From an uncultured Bacteroidales bacterium (GTDB lineage: Bacteria > Bacteroidota > Bacteroidia > Bacteroidales > F082): 64,000 nt of DNA. The stretch is from NCBI GenBank assembly GCA_947166105.1, contig CAMVCZ010000010.1, positions 3,037 to 67,036 of the forward strand. Reading direction: 5' to 3'. Made by a program: the position numbers and the translations under genes. This document shows, one piece after another, positions 55,760 through 64,000 of this stretch (position 1 is the first letter of the stretch; each line of letters opens with the position of its first letter). The notes under the pieces are model-generated. The model made no database searches and was not told the origin of the DNA. It worked only from the letters and a program-made list of their open reading frames with translations.

Positions 55760-56107
55760 TTATCTTCTTTGATAGGTCACGGAATAGCCGTCCTGACCGA
55801 TGACCAACTGCTTCTCGTCAAGCGAGATAATCGTATTGGTGTCGGCGAAACTGCTTTGGACGCTTCCATTGGTCACTCCGTTGAGAATCAACTTGTCGCC
55901 GACCTTTTCCCAAGTCTTGTACTCCCTGAAGCCCGTGTTGATGGACACGACATCGCCGTTTTCGAGCAAAGTGAAGCCCACATCGCCAATAAGACTGCCC
56001 TCAGCGGCAGGTTCAACCCAAGTTCCAACGATGGAAGGACGTGAGCATGAAGCAAAAAACAGCCCCATCACACAAGCTAAAGCAATAATTATCAAACGTT
56101 TATTCAT
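55760..56107 (-). CDS. small lipocalin-like lipoprotein
   Basis: Signal peptide with lipobox (MNKRLIIIALACVMGLFFASC), then IVGTWVEP. Start at the internal ATG 56107. Confidence 0.5.
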   Translation of the reverse strand: MNKRLIIIALACVMGLFFASCSRPSIVGTWVEPAAEGSLIGDVGFTLLENGDVVSINTGFREYKTWEKVGDKLILNGVTNGSVQSSFADTNTIISLDEKQLVIGQDGYSVTYQRR

Positions 56108-56134
56108 TTTTTCTATTCTTTTGAATTGGAGCGG

Positions 56135-56142
56135 CAAAGGTA
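56135..56142 (-). promoter_or_regulatory. -7 promoter box (TACCTTTG) for the lipoprotein/arcC unit
   Basis: The reverse complement of caaaggta, 27 nt upstream of ATG 56107. Confidence 0.4.
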
Positions 56143-56206
56143 GGAATAATTTTCATAAACGAAACTATTTCAATGAATTATTTTTTCATAGGAATCCATT
56201 TATGAG

Positions 56207-56236
56207 AATTCATGGCTAATTCATGGAAATTCATGT
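56207..56236. repeat. three tandem AATTCATG(G/T) units at an 11/10-bp period
   Basis: aattcatgg (56207-56215), aattcatgg (56218-56226) and aattcatgt (56228-56236). Confidence 0.85.
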
Positions 56237-56292
56237 TTGCAACGAAAAAATGCACATTCCGCAAACCATCATTTGAGCAAGATTTGTGGCAG

Positions 56293-56331
56293 ATTTGTTT
56301 CCAAATCATTTGCATTTGTTTCCAAATCATT
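56293..56331. repeat. two perfect 18-bp direct repeats ATTTGTTTCCAAATCATT (21-bp period), each with an internal ATTTG/CAAAT dyad
   Basis: Copies at 56293-56310 and 56314-56331. The second abuts the -7 box. Confidence 0.9.
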
Positions 56332-56338
56332 ATTTTTG
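56331..56338 (+). promoter_or_regulatory. -7 promoter box (TATTTTTG) for paralog 3
   Basis: Exact TAnnTTTG match, 26 nt upstream of ATG 56365. Confidence 0.45.
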
Positions 56339-56364
56339 CAGTCGGATTCCAACTATAGAACGCT

Positions 56365-57915
56365 ATGACTAAATATCCTATCGGCTTACAGAATTTCCAA
56401 GGGCTTCGCGAAGACGGCTATATTTATGTGGACAAGACAGCCTTTGTGTATGAATTGGCACAAAGTGGGAAATACTATTTCCTCAGCCGTCCGCGCCGTT
56501 TCGGAAAGAGTTTGTTCCTTTCCACCCTCGAAGCCTATTATCAAGGGAAAAAGGAGCTTTTCAAAGGCTTGGCATTGGAGCGGTTGGAGAAGGATTGGAA
56601 GGTTTATCCTGTGTTGCACTTGGATTTGAATGCTGAACAATATATAGCTCCAGAAGGACTCCTTTCCATTTTGGACAGGCATCTGAGGCAGTGGGAAAGA
56701 ATCTACGGCAAAAATGAAGGCGACAAAACCCCTGCCGACCGATTTATAGCCATAATCCAACACGCCTACGAACAAACAGGCCAAAAAGCGGTCATTTTGG
56801 TCGATGAATATGACAAGCCGCTCTTGCAAGCCATTGGCAACGAAGACCTTCAAAACAGTTATCGTTCCTTGTTGAAATCCTTTTACGGAGTTGCCAAAAC
56901 AATGGACAGTTATATTCAAATGGCTTTCTTTACCGGAGTGACGAAATTCTCCAAAGTCAACGTTTTCAGCGACTTAAATAATTTGAATGATATTTCGTTG
57001 GACGAGCGTTTCGTGGAAATTTGTGGTATCACTGAACAAGAAATCCGAGCCATTTTTGACGATGATGTTGAAAAAATGGCACTGAAACGAGGCTTGGACA
57101 AAGAAACCTGCTATTGCAAACTTAAAGAAAACTATGACGGCTATCATTTCAGGGAAGATTCCGTTGGGATGTACAATCCCTTCAGTTTGCTGAACGCCCT
57201 TCAAAAAATGGAGTTCAAAGACTATTGGTTCGAGACCGGCACTCCAACTTTCCTCGTGGAAACCCTGAAACAAAACAACTACGAACTCGAGAACATGACC
57301 CGAGAGGAAGTCACGGCAGACCTTTTGGGCAGCCTTGATTCCATCGACCAAAATCCCTTGCCACTGCTTTACCAAAGTGGTTATCTGACCATTAAGGATT
57401 ATAACCCCGATTTTGGCACCTACACATTGGGGTTTCCAAATGGCGAGGTCGAAAGAGGCTTCACGAGGTTTTTGTTCAGACATTACGCGCCCATCAAAAT
57501 TTACGAGTCCGATTCGTTTGTCAAAAACTTCACCATCGAGGTGCGCAACGGCCAACCCGAGAAGTTCATGCCACGCCTTGAAGCTTTGTATGCCGGCCAA
57601 GACTATCAACTTGTCGGCGATACGGAACTATACTTCCACAATGTTACGAGCCTTGTTTTCAAGATGTTGGGGTTCTATACCGATGTGGAACGCCACACCA
57701 CCGATGGACGCATGGATATGCTTGTGCAGACCAAAGACTATATCTATATCTTTGAATTTAAGATAGATAAGTCTGCTGATGAGGCTTTGAAACAGATTGA
57801 GGAAAAGCAATACGCGAAACCTTTTGAAACGGATGAGCGCAAACTTTATAAAATAGGTGTGAACTTCTCCAGCACTACGCGGCGGATTGAGAGCTGGAAG
57901 ATGACCGCGTCTTAA
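56365..57915 (+). CDS. AAA-ATPase-like + PD-(D/E)XK (PDDEXK_9-like) protein, paralog 3
   Basis: Shares long identical blocks with paralog 2 (YFLSRPRRFGKSL, VILVDEYDKPLLQ, FFTGVTKFSKV, KDYWFETGTPT, LGFPNGEVERGF, QTKDYIYIFEFKIDKSADEAL). Confidence 0.75.
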   Translation: MTKYPIGLQNFQGLREDGYIYVDKTAFVYELAQSGKYYFLSRPRRFGKSLFLSTLEAYYQGKKELFKGLALERLEKDWKVYPVLHLDLNAEQYIAPEGLLSILDRHLRQWERIYGKNEGDKTPADRFIAIIQHAYEQTGQKAVILVDEYDKPLLQAIGNEDLQNSYRSLLKSFYGVAKTMDSYIQMAFFTGVTKFSKVNVFSDLNNLNDISLDERFVEICGITEQEIRAIFDDDVEKMALKRGLDKETCYCKLKENYDGYHFREDSVGMYNPFSLLNALQKMEFKDYWFETGTPTFLVETLKQNNYELENMTREEVTADLLGSLDSIDQNPLPLLYQSGYLTIKDYNPDFGTYTLGFPNGEVERGFTRFLFRHYAPIKIYESDSFVKNFTIEVRNGQPEKFMPRLEALYAGQDYQLVGDTELYFHNVTSLVFKMLGFYTDVERHTTDGRMDMLVQTKDYIYIFEFKIDKSADEALKQIEEKQYAKPFETDERKLYKIGVNFSSTTRRIESWKMTAS

Positions 57916-60664
57916 TCCTATGCACCCACCGTTCCAACTCGCCCAACCACAAAATCAGCGAGGTTCCGATGATGATGCGCACCCATTCGTCGAAAGGCAG
58001 GGGCACCACACTGAACATTTCACCGCCGAAAGTGATGATGAAAATTTGGCCGAGAGCAATTATTAATATGGTGAGTCCAAAACCGCGCCTTATGTCCTTG
58101 TTGAGCAAGCCCTTAAACGATGAATCCATAGTATGGTAGGCCTTGGCGTTGAAGATGTTCCAAAACTGCATGAAAACAAAAATAGTGAAGAGTAGCGAAA
58201 GTTCTTTCGGGGTGAAATTGCCGCCCTCATGATGGAAATTAAAATAACTCACAAGGTAATCTCGGAAACAAAACTCCGTCAACGAGTCGACATGGCAGTG
58301 CATGAAATATTGGATGAAGCCAAACAAAACCGCCACGAACAACAATCCCACTCCAAAGATGCGCCGCCCCATGTCCTTGGTGATGATGAATGCCGTGCGC
58401 GAGCGGGGCTTGTCCTTCAAAACGCTGTGGTCGGGAGGCAGCGAAGCCAAAGCCATAGCTGCAAAAGTGTCCATGATGAGGTTGATCCATAGCATCTGGG
58501 TCACGGTGAGCGGCGAATCCGTTCCCATCACCGCACCGAGCAAAACGATGAGGCAAGCCGCCACATTGATGGTCATTTGGAACAGGATAAAACGCTGGAT
58601 ATTAAGGTATAGCGAGCGTCCCCACATCACGGCGCGGGCAATGCTCTTAAACGAGTTGTCGAGGATAGTGATGTCGCTGGCTTCCTTGGCCACCGAAGTG
58701 CCGTCGCCCATCGAGAGGCCAATTTGCGCCCTGTTCAAGGCGGGTGCGTCGTTGGTGCCGTCGCCGGTGACGGCCACCACCTCACCTTGCTCCTGCAACA
58801 GGCGCACAAGGCGTTCCTTGTCGGAGGGACGCGCTCGAGACATGATTTTCAAGTCGCCGATGCGTTCCCTCAGCTCGTCATCAGTCAAAAGATTGAATTG
58901 TTTTCCAGTAATCATCTGACGTTCAACATCATCTTCTTTTGTCCACAATCCCACCTGCCTACCGATTTCCATAGCTGTTCCTGGTGTGTCGCCCGTCACA
59001 ATCTTGATGTTGATGCCCGCATTGAGGCAGTCTTGAATGGAGTCGGCCACGTCGTCACGAATCGGGTCGATGATGCCCACAATGCCGAGGAAGCAAAGGT
59101 CTTCCAACTGCAACTTGCCATTCTCAAACACATGCTCCATCTCTTCTTCGGTAAGATACCGATAGGCGAAGCCCAACGTGCGCATGGCTTTGCCCTGATA
59201 TTCTTGAAGTTTGTCCTCCACTTCCTTTTTCACCCAATGGATACCTGCCTCACTGTCAGCCATTTTTGCCGTGACGCAACGTTTCATGATGATTTCCGGA
59301 GCACCTTTCACAAACAACAGATACTCGCCCAAAAATGGAGTCTTCACCACCGTAGCCATATACTTGTACTTGGTCGTGAAAGGCAACTGTTTGACAATCT
59401 TAGTGTTATCGCGGATTCTAACGAAGTCAACGCTATGGTCGAAAAGCCAAAGCAACAAAGCGCCTTCGGTCGGATTGCCCACCACTTTCACCTTTTGCTT
59501 GTCGCTGTAGTCCAAGAATGCGGTGGAATTGATGGCAATGCCCTCCTTGATCAGCTTGCCCACTTCAGAATTGTCCAACAGGCCATTACGCAAGCCAAAA
59601 AAGTAACTGTCGCCCAAGCTCATGCGGTTTTTGGTCAAGGTGCCGGTTTTGTCGGAACAAATCACCGTGGCGGCCCCCATCGTTTCGCAAGCGTGCATTT
59701 TCCGTACCAAGTTGTTGGTTTCCAGCATCCTTTTCATACTCAAGGCCAAACTCAGCGTAACGCTCATCGGCAATCCTTCCGGCACGGCCACCACAATCAG
59801 CGTGACCGCAATCATCAGAGTATTAAGCGTATAGCGGGCGAAATTCATCCAATCGAAAGGGCCATCGTCGGCATAAACGAAATACATCACCATGCGCAAA
59901 ACCCCAATCAAGCCCGCGATGACATAACTGGCAATCGTGATGCCGTTTCCCAATCGGTCAAGTTGTTCATTCAGAGGCGTTTTCACTTTATTGTCGATTT
60001 GTGCCCCCTGAAACACCTTGCCCCATTCCGTGGCATCGCCGACCTTCTCAACCACAAAAATGCCGTGGCCTTCCATCACCGAACTGCCGCGACAGATGTA
60101 GTTGGAAGGATAAGTCGCCTCGTGGTTGAAATCGGCTTCTTCCGTGGTCTTACTGCACGAAGGCTCGCCCGTCAGGTCTGATTCGTTCACTCTCAGCGAG
60201 ATAGCCTCCATCAAAACGCCATCGGCAGGCACCTCGTCACCCGTTTCGATGACTACCGAATCGCCCACCACAACTTCCTTACGTTCAATGCGTTGAATCA
60301 AGCCGTCGCGAAACACGGTCACCATTTTTTCATCCTCGGTCTGGTTCAAAATGTCGAATTTCTTGTTGGCGCTCACCTCAAAAAAGAAGCCCACCGTGGT
60401 GGCCAACATCACCGCCACGAAAATGCCCAAAGGCTCCAAAAGCACAGACATTCCTTCTGCCCCAGTGAACAACTGATATAACGAAACCGCAACCGATAAC
60501 AGCAATGCTATTAACAAGATACGGATTATCGGGTCGGAAAACTTTTCCAGAAACTGTTTCCAAAGCGGGTCTTTCTTGGGCGGGGTCAAAACATTGTCGC
60601 CGTGTATGCGCCGACTTTCTTCGACTTCCTCGTGGGTCAAACCATTCTTATAATCTCGCGCCAT
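57875..60664 (-). CDS. calcium-translocating P-type ATPase (PMCA/SERCA-like)
   Basis: Phosphorylation site CSDKTGTLT, plus TGDTPGTA and VTGDGTNDAPAL, with 10 TM segments. 929 aa. Confidence 0.9.
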   Translation of the reverse strand: MARDYKNGLTHEEVEESRRIHGDNVLTPPKKDPLWKQFLEKFSDPIIRILLIALLLSVAVSLYQLFTGAEGMSVLLEPLGIFVAVMLATTVGFFFEVSANKKFDILNQTEDEKMVTVFRDGLIQRIERKEVVVGDSVVIETGDEVPADGVLMEAISLRVNESDLTGEPSCSKTTEEADFNHEATYPSNYICRGSSVMEGHGIFVVEKVGDATEWGKVFQGAQIDNKVKTPLNEQLDRLGNGITIASYVIAGLIGVLRMVMYFVYADDGPFDWMNFARYTLNTLMIAVTLIVVAVPEGLPMSVTLSLALSMKRMLETNNLVRKMHACETMGAATVICSDKTGTLTKNRMSLGDSYFFGLRNGLLDNSEVGKLIKEGIAINSTAFLDYSDKQKVKVVGNPTEGALLLWLFDHSVDFVRIRDNTKIVKQLPFTTKYKYMATVVKTPFLGEYLLFVKGAPEIIMKRCVTAKMADSEAGIHWVKKEVEDKLQEYQGKAMRTLGFAYRYLTEEEMEHVFENGKLQLEDLCFLGIVGIIDPIRDDVADSIQDCLNAGINIKIVTGDTPGTAMEIGRQVGLWTKEDDVERQMITGKQFNLLTDDELRERIGDLKIMSRARPSDKERLVRLLQEQGEVVAVTGDGTNDAPALNRAQIGLSMGDGTSVAKEASDITILDNSFKSIARAVMWGRSLYLNIQRFILFQMTINVAACLIVLLGAVMGTDSPLTVTQMLWINLIMDTFAAMALASLPPDHSVLKDKPRSRTAFIITKDMGRRIFGVGLLFVAVLFGFIQYFMHCHVDSLTEFCFRDYLVSYFNFHHEGGNFTPKELSLLFTIFVFMQFWNIFNAKAYHTMDSSFKGLLNKDIRRGFGLTILIIALGQIFIITFGGEMFSVVPLPFDEWVRIIIGTSLILWLGELERWVHRIKTRSSSSSQSAA

Positions 60665-60795
60665 TTTTAAACAATTAAATTTGTGTGTCAGAATTTACTA
60701 TTTTTGCACTGAAAAAAACGCGGCAAAAATACAATCTATTGTATAACAGGAATGAGGTTGCAAGGTTACAACCCAAAATCGGAAACGCTAACACA

Positions 60796-62169
60796 ATGAA
60801 ATTCAAGGAACAACATAAAACGGCTTTGGCCAAAGTTCTTTCAGACCTACTGCAATGCGACGGCATCGTCAACCAAGGCGAGATAGACTTCCTGCAACAG
60901 GTTTACGGGATGCTCAACATCACTTCGACCAGCCGCAAAAAAGCCACCAACCTCAGCCTTTCGGAAGCGGTCGGCATCCTGAAAAACCTTGGAAATCAGG
61001 AGAAAATAGCCATTCTAAGGATATTCCAACGGCTTTCCCTCTCCGACGATTCCCTCGATCCTAACGAGTCGATGCTCATCACCGCATTGTTGCTCTCCAT
61101 AGGCATCGAACTGCCTGAAACAGAAGGCATCAACGCCAATTTCGTTTCCATTCCCAACCTCAACTTCGACACGCACAACGCCGTGCTTTACGTTGAACCG
61201 GCTTTCGACAAGACCGTCAACGCAAGCATCAATCAAGAATACGAGGCCATTTGCGCATTGCTGCAACGGTCGCAACGCGAGTTTTTCTACCTGCCCAAGG
61301 TCATCCGCGACCTCGAAAGCAAGAAAACCACCTTCCGCAACACGGTGAGTTACATCGAGCCGCTACTTTCAGACGAGCAACTCGACCTCATCGACAGCAA
61401 ACTCTCCCAACTCGACAGCGTCAGGCTTTCCAAGGAAGTGTTTCTCAACTATCTCAACGCCAACGGATTGAAAATCAGCAAACCGTCATTTTTCCTCAAA
61501 ATCGGAAACATGAAACCCGACTTGCACCAAGATTTTCTCATCATCGAAATCGTAGACAGTCCGCTAAGCACTTTGGAACGTTTTATTTGCCTCAATTCCA
61601 ATATTTTGAGCATCAATCCGCCCGTCAGCAACGCGAAAGAAGAAAAGTTCATCCAACAACTGGCCCTGAAGCCCGACAAACAGCAAAAAAACGAACTCCG
61701 CTACACGGGTTTCCACAAAATCATCCTCGACATCCTTCTGAAATACAACGGATTGCACGAATACAGCCGACTATTCATCAACCGACACGGCGACATCTTC
61801 CTCACTGACCGCAACAATACCGAGGTGAAAATGCCTGCCCTTTGCAAAGCCCTCTACATCTTTTTCCTTCTCCACGAAGACGGCATGTCGCTCAACTACC
61901 TAAACGACCACAAACCAGAACTTTACAGAATCTATCGGCGCATTTCGACTTACGGCGACGAGGAACTGCTCAACAAGGCCATCGACAACCTCACCGACTT
62001 CATCGGCTCCACGATGAACGCCAACCTCTCACGCATCCGCAAGGCATTCCGCGACATTTTAGGCGACGAAGCCAACATCTACCTCATCAAAGGCGAAAAA
62101 GGTGGACGAAAAAACATCCACCTCGACCGCAGCCTCGTGGTCTTTGAAGACCGCAAGGCGTTTGAATAA
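60796..62169 (+). CDS. hypothetical protein (458 aa), possibly with a TerB-like N-terminal module
   Basis: Start at the internal ATG 60796, downstream of a TATTTTTG box at 60699-60706. The N-terminus LAKVLSDLLQCDGIVNQGEIDFLQQV loosely resembles the TerB-type DG-x3-E helices. Confidence 0.5.
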   Translation: MKFKEQHKTALAKVLSDLLQCDGIVNQGEIDFLQQVYGMLNITSTSRKKATNLSLSEAVGILKNLGNQEKIAILRIFQRLSLSDDSLDPNESMLITALLLSIGIELPETEGINANFVSIPNLNFDTHNAVLYVEPAFDKTVNASINQEYEAICALLQRSQREFFYLPKVIRDLESKKTTFRNTVSYIEPLLSDEQLDLIDSKLSQLDSVRLSKEVFLNYLNANGLKISKPSFFLKIGNMKPDLHQDFLIIEIVDSPLSTLERFICLNSNILSINPPVSNAKEEKFIQQLALKPDKQQKNELRYTGFHKIILDILLKYNGLHEYSRLFINRHGDIFLTDRNNTEVKMPALCKALYIFFLLHEDGMSLNYLNDHKPELYRIYRRISTYGDEELLNKAIDNLTDFIGSTMNANLSRIRKAFRDILGDEANIYLIKGEKGGRKNIHLDRSLVVFEDRKAFE

Positions 62170-62174
62170 ACCTA

Positions 62175-62948
62175 TCAAGCCTGTTGCCCTTCCAGCAGGA
62201 AGGTGACATCAGAATTCGGGTCGATCTCGACGGCTTCCTTGCCGTAGCGCATGATGACCATCTTCTTGCCGCCTTTCAGCATCATCTTGCCATCGTTTAC
62301 CCAAAGTGCCGAAGCCTCGCGCAGGCCTACCACGGTCACATTTTGATTCACGGCAAGATACTCGTTGATGCGGTCTTGGCGCGTCTCGCCGCCGTGCTTG
62401 ATCATCTTGTCGATTTCGGGGTGCGGGTCAAGATAGTGCGGGTTGATTTGGAACGGCACCAAATTGAGGCAATTGAACGAAGCGGGTTGCACAATCGGCA
62501 TGTCGTTGGTGGTGCAAAGCGTGGGGCAAGCCACATTCGAGCCTGCGCTCCAGCCCATGTAAGGCACGCCGGCAAGGGCGCGGTTGCGGATGGCCTCCAT
62601 CAGGCCGTAGCGGTGCATTTCGGCCACCAAGTGGAAGGTGTTGCCGCCGCCCACCACGATGCAGTCGGCCTCGTTGACGGCCTTCACCTTGTCGTCGAAA
62701 TGATGAACGGAAGTGAAGTTCTCCAAGCCGAACTTGGTGCGGAAAACGTTCCTCACCTTCGACTCGTAGGCATCGTAACTCTGCGGATACACCATCCCGC
62801 CGATGTTCACGCCCGCGAAAGGCACGAAGACGATGCGGCTATCCTTATTAATATGGTTCTGCAAGCAGAAAAGCTCGATTTGGGTCGAAGCCCAAGCCAA
62901 ATAATTCTCACCGAAATTGGTCGAATTGCTGATCAGTAATAATCTCAT
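62175..62948 (-). CDS. pepE: dipeptidase E (peptidase S51)
   Basis: MRLLLISNS.., VGGGNTFHL, and GWSAGSNV (the nucleophile Ser region). The longer ORF to 63257 runs through the promoter and tRNA-Arg, so it is rejected. Confidence 0.8.
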   Translation of the reverse strand: MRLLLISNSTNFGENYLAWASTQIELFCLQNHINKDSRIVFVPFAGVNIGGMVYPQSYDAYESKVRNVFRTKFGLENFTSVHHFDDKVKAVNEADCIVVGGGNTFHLVAEMHRYGLMEAIRNRALAGVPYMGWSAGSNVACPTLCTTNDMPIVQPASFNCLNLVPFQINPHYLDPHPEIDKMIKHGGETRQDRINEYLAVNQNVTVVGLREASALWVNDGKMMLKGGKKMVIMRYGKEAVEIDPNSDVTFLLEGQQA

Positions 62949-62975
62949 GACGTAATAATTTTGAAAAAGTTGGCG

Positions 62976-62983
62976 CAAAGATA
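62976..62983 (-). promoter_or_regulatory. -7 promoter box (TATCTTTG) for pepE
   Basis: The reverse complement of caaagata, 27 nt upstream of ATG 62948. Confidence 0.45.
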
Positions 62984-63120
62984 GCAAAAAAGCGATTGCA
63001 ATAGCAAAAACAAACGAAAATCGACTTGTCCATGTAAAAAATATTGGTTTGAATATCAACCATTTGAAACAGACAACAAATTTTTTCCTGAATTTTTGCT
63101 TGCGTGAAAGAAAAAAGCTG

Positions 63121-63128
63121 TACTTTTG
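63121..63128 (+). promoter_or_regulatory. -7 promoter box (TACTTTTG) for the tRNA pair
   Basis: Exact TAnnTTTG match, 17 nt upstream of tRNA-Arg position 1. Confidence 0.5.
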
Positions 63129-63145
63129 CATCGTCAAAAGCGATT

Positions 63146-63219
63146 GGACTAGTAGCTTAATTGGATAGAGCTTCTGACTACGGATCAGAGGGTTGGGGGT
63201 TCGAGTCCCTCCTAGTTCA
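63146..63219 (+). tRNA. tRNA-Arg (anticodon ACG)
   Basis: Folded by hand: acceptor GGACTAG/CTAGTTC, D stem GCTT/GAGC, anticodon stem TCTGA/TCAGA with loop CTACGGA, T arm GGGGG-TTCGAGT-CCCTC, discriminator A. 74 nt, with no encoded CCA. Confidence 0.85.
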
Positions 63220-63250
63220 CAAAGGTTCCTCAAAAAGAACCTCTTTTTTT

Positions 63251-63322
63251 GGCCCATTCGACTAGCGGTTAGGTCGTAAGTTTCTCACACTTAAAACAGC
63301 GGTTCGATTCCGCTATGGGCTA
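63251..63322 (+). tRNA. tRNA-Glu (anticodon CTC)
   Basis: Folded by hand: acceptor GGCCCAT/ATGGGCT (G1-U72 wobble), D stem GACT/GGTC, anticodon stem TAAGT/ACTTA with loop TTCTCAC, T arm AGCGG-TTCGATT-CCGCT. 72 nt. Confidence 0.8.
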
Positions 63323-63329
63323 CCTAATC

Positions 63330-63367
63330 AAGCCTTAACTCCTTGAAAATCAGAGTTGAGGCTTTTT
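63330..63367 (+). terminator. intrinsic terminator after the tRNA pair
   Basis: 10-bp stem GCCTTAACTC/GAGTTGAGGC (one G-U pair), followed by TTTTT. Confidence 0.65.
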
Positions 63368-63554
63368 GATTGCCCGAAAACTGCCCGAACATCGTATTTG
63401 CCCAAAACGAAAAACCGCCTGCCAATCATTTGACAGACGGTTACACACATTTCACCGTTATGGAACGGCACGGCAAATGTACAACTTATTTCCATACACA
63501 GCATAGAACGAAATACTGTTCATCGCTCGCCTGCTACTATTAGCAAGACAATTA

Positions 63555-63911
63555 TTAAGCTCTCAGTATTTTGTGCATAGCATCCTCAAGTTTCATCTCT
63601 ATTCTTGTTAGTTCTCCAAGCCTTCGATTCATCTCCTGAACTACAGATTCGGACAACTTACCACTTTTGATACAGATATTGGCATAGTGAGCCAATTGAT
63701 TGATATTATTACCTGTCTTATGCATCTCATAAATCTGCTTCCTATACTCTTTCAGAAATTCCACCGCATTGATGGTTGCTTTCTCGCCACCAAACAGCTT
63801 CGCGCGAATGTATCCAGATACTGATTTACCAGAAGCTGCGGCCATCTGTAAAAGTTTGTCGTATTCTTTTTGTGTGAGCCGAATTTCCTTTCTCTTAACT
63901 TTGTTATCCAT
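63555..63911 (-). CDS. MobC-family (ribbon-helix-helix) mobilisation/relaxosome accessory protein
   Basis: RLTQKEYDKLLQMAAASGKSVSGYIRAKL (RHH) and the hallmark GNNINQLAHYAN. Confidence 0.75.
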   Translation of the reverse strand: MDNKVKRKEIRLTQKEYDKLLQMAAASGKSVSGYIRAKLFGGEKATINAVEFLKEYRKQIYEMHKTGNNINQLAHYANICIKSGKLSESVVQEMNRRLGELTRIEMKLEDAMHKILRA

Positions 63912-64000
63912 TTATTGTGATGTTTATAAAATCCAAGTTGCGATGAATTTTAACCCCTAAAGCCATTCAAGGGTTTTAGGCAAATTTCGTTTTTGTACGT

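Noticed and set aside
57875-57915. 41-bp convergent overlap of paralog 3 and the Ca-ATPase gene (also 54785..54795 for PPTase and arcC)
   Set aside because: Both C-termini look genuine, since paralog 2 ends similarly. Short convergent overlaps are common and there is no additional structure.
58724-60181. 485-aa + strand ORF, together with many similar long ORFs (4639..5700, 6526..7242, 8795..9715, 9882..10715, 13906..14715, 14712..15761, 17792..18712, 27347..28339, 29134..29994, 51281..52048, 54851..55744, 62184..62939)
   Set aside because: Each lies opposite a gene with clear family motifs. Their translations are His/Arg/Gly/Val-rich nonsense, typical of antisense frames in roughly 50% GC coding DNA.
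60755-60775. Small hairpin GGTTG-N8-CAACC in the ~85-nt leader of the 60796 gene, considered as a possible riboswitch or attenuator
   Set aside because: The stem is only 5 bp, with no recognisable riboswitch core and no terminator-like T-run. This is too weak to call.
62949-63257. N-terminal extension of the pepE ORF (the track gives 62175..63257)
   Set aside because: The extension runs through the pepE promoter box and the reverse complement of tRNA-Arg (..GGTRTPNPL.. is the T-arm read backwards). The true start is ATG 62948 (MRLLLISNS).

Overview
This window looks like a Bacteroidales-type chromosome segment. Many genes are preceded by TAnnTTTG -7 promoter boxes, there is a T9SS C-terminal sorting domain, lipoprotein signal peptides are frequent, and housekeeping genes run about 50% GC. 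About 45 genes are supportable. The housekeeping set includes ABC-F ATPase, aldose epimerase, 5'-nucleotidase, topoisomerase III, two tandem Kef-type antiporters, DUF47-PiT-DUF47, pncB, an acyl-CoA ligase, carbamate kinase, a Ca-ATPase, pepE, and tRNA-Arg and tRNA-Glu. There is also a hybrid histidine kinase and sigma-54 activator pair next to a near-consensus -24/-12 promoter.

The main signal is a roughly 15.5-kb, visibly AT-richer, all-minus-strand accessory island at about 30.8-46.4 kb. It contains three units:
- an AbiEi/AbiEii pair;
- a TerY-P-type triad (Ser/Thr kinase, vWA, PP2C) extended by a TPR+LRR protein and a frameshifted gene resembling a palm-domain cyclase or polymerase;
- a nine-gene, translationally coupled operon. 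A complete His-Xaa-Ser radical-SAM cassette (HxsA/D/B/C, function unknown) is preceded by two unrecognisable proteins. It is followed by a third unknown protein, a voltage-gated K+ channel and a secreted Endonuclease_NS-type nuclease.

I regard this extended Hxs operon, and its juxtaposition with TerY-P and AbiE, as the best candidate for an undescribed system.

Other observations are heptamer arrays at the 3' ends of both antiporter genes, several short tandem repeats in promoter regions, three paralogous AAA-ATPase-like/PD-(D/E)XK genes, a HEPN/MNT pair, two SNF2 helicases, and an orphan MobC gene beside the tRNA pair.

All calls rest on reading motifs by eye. No database or HMM search was possible.
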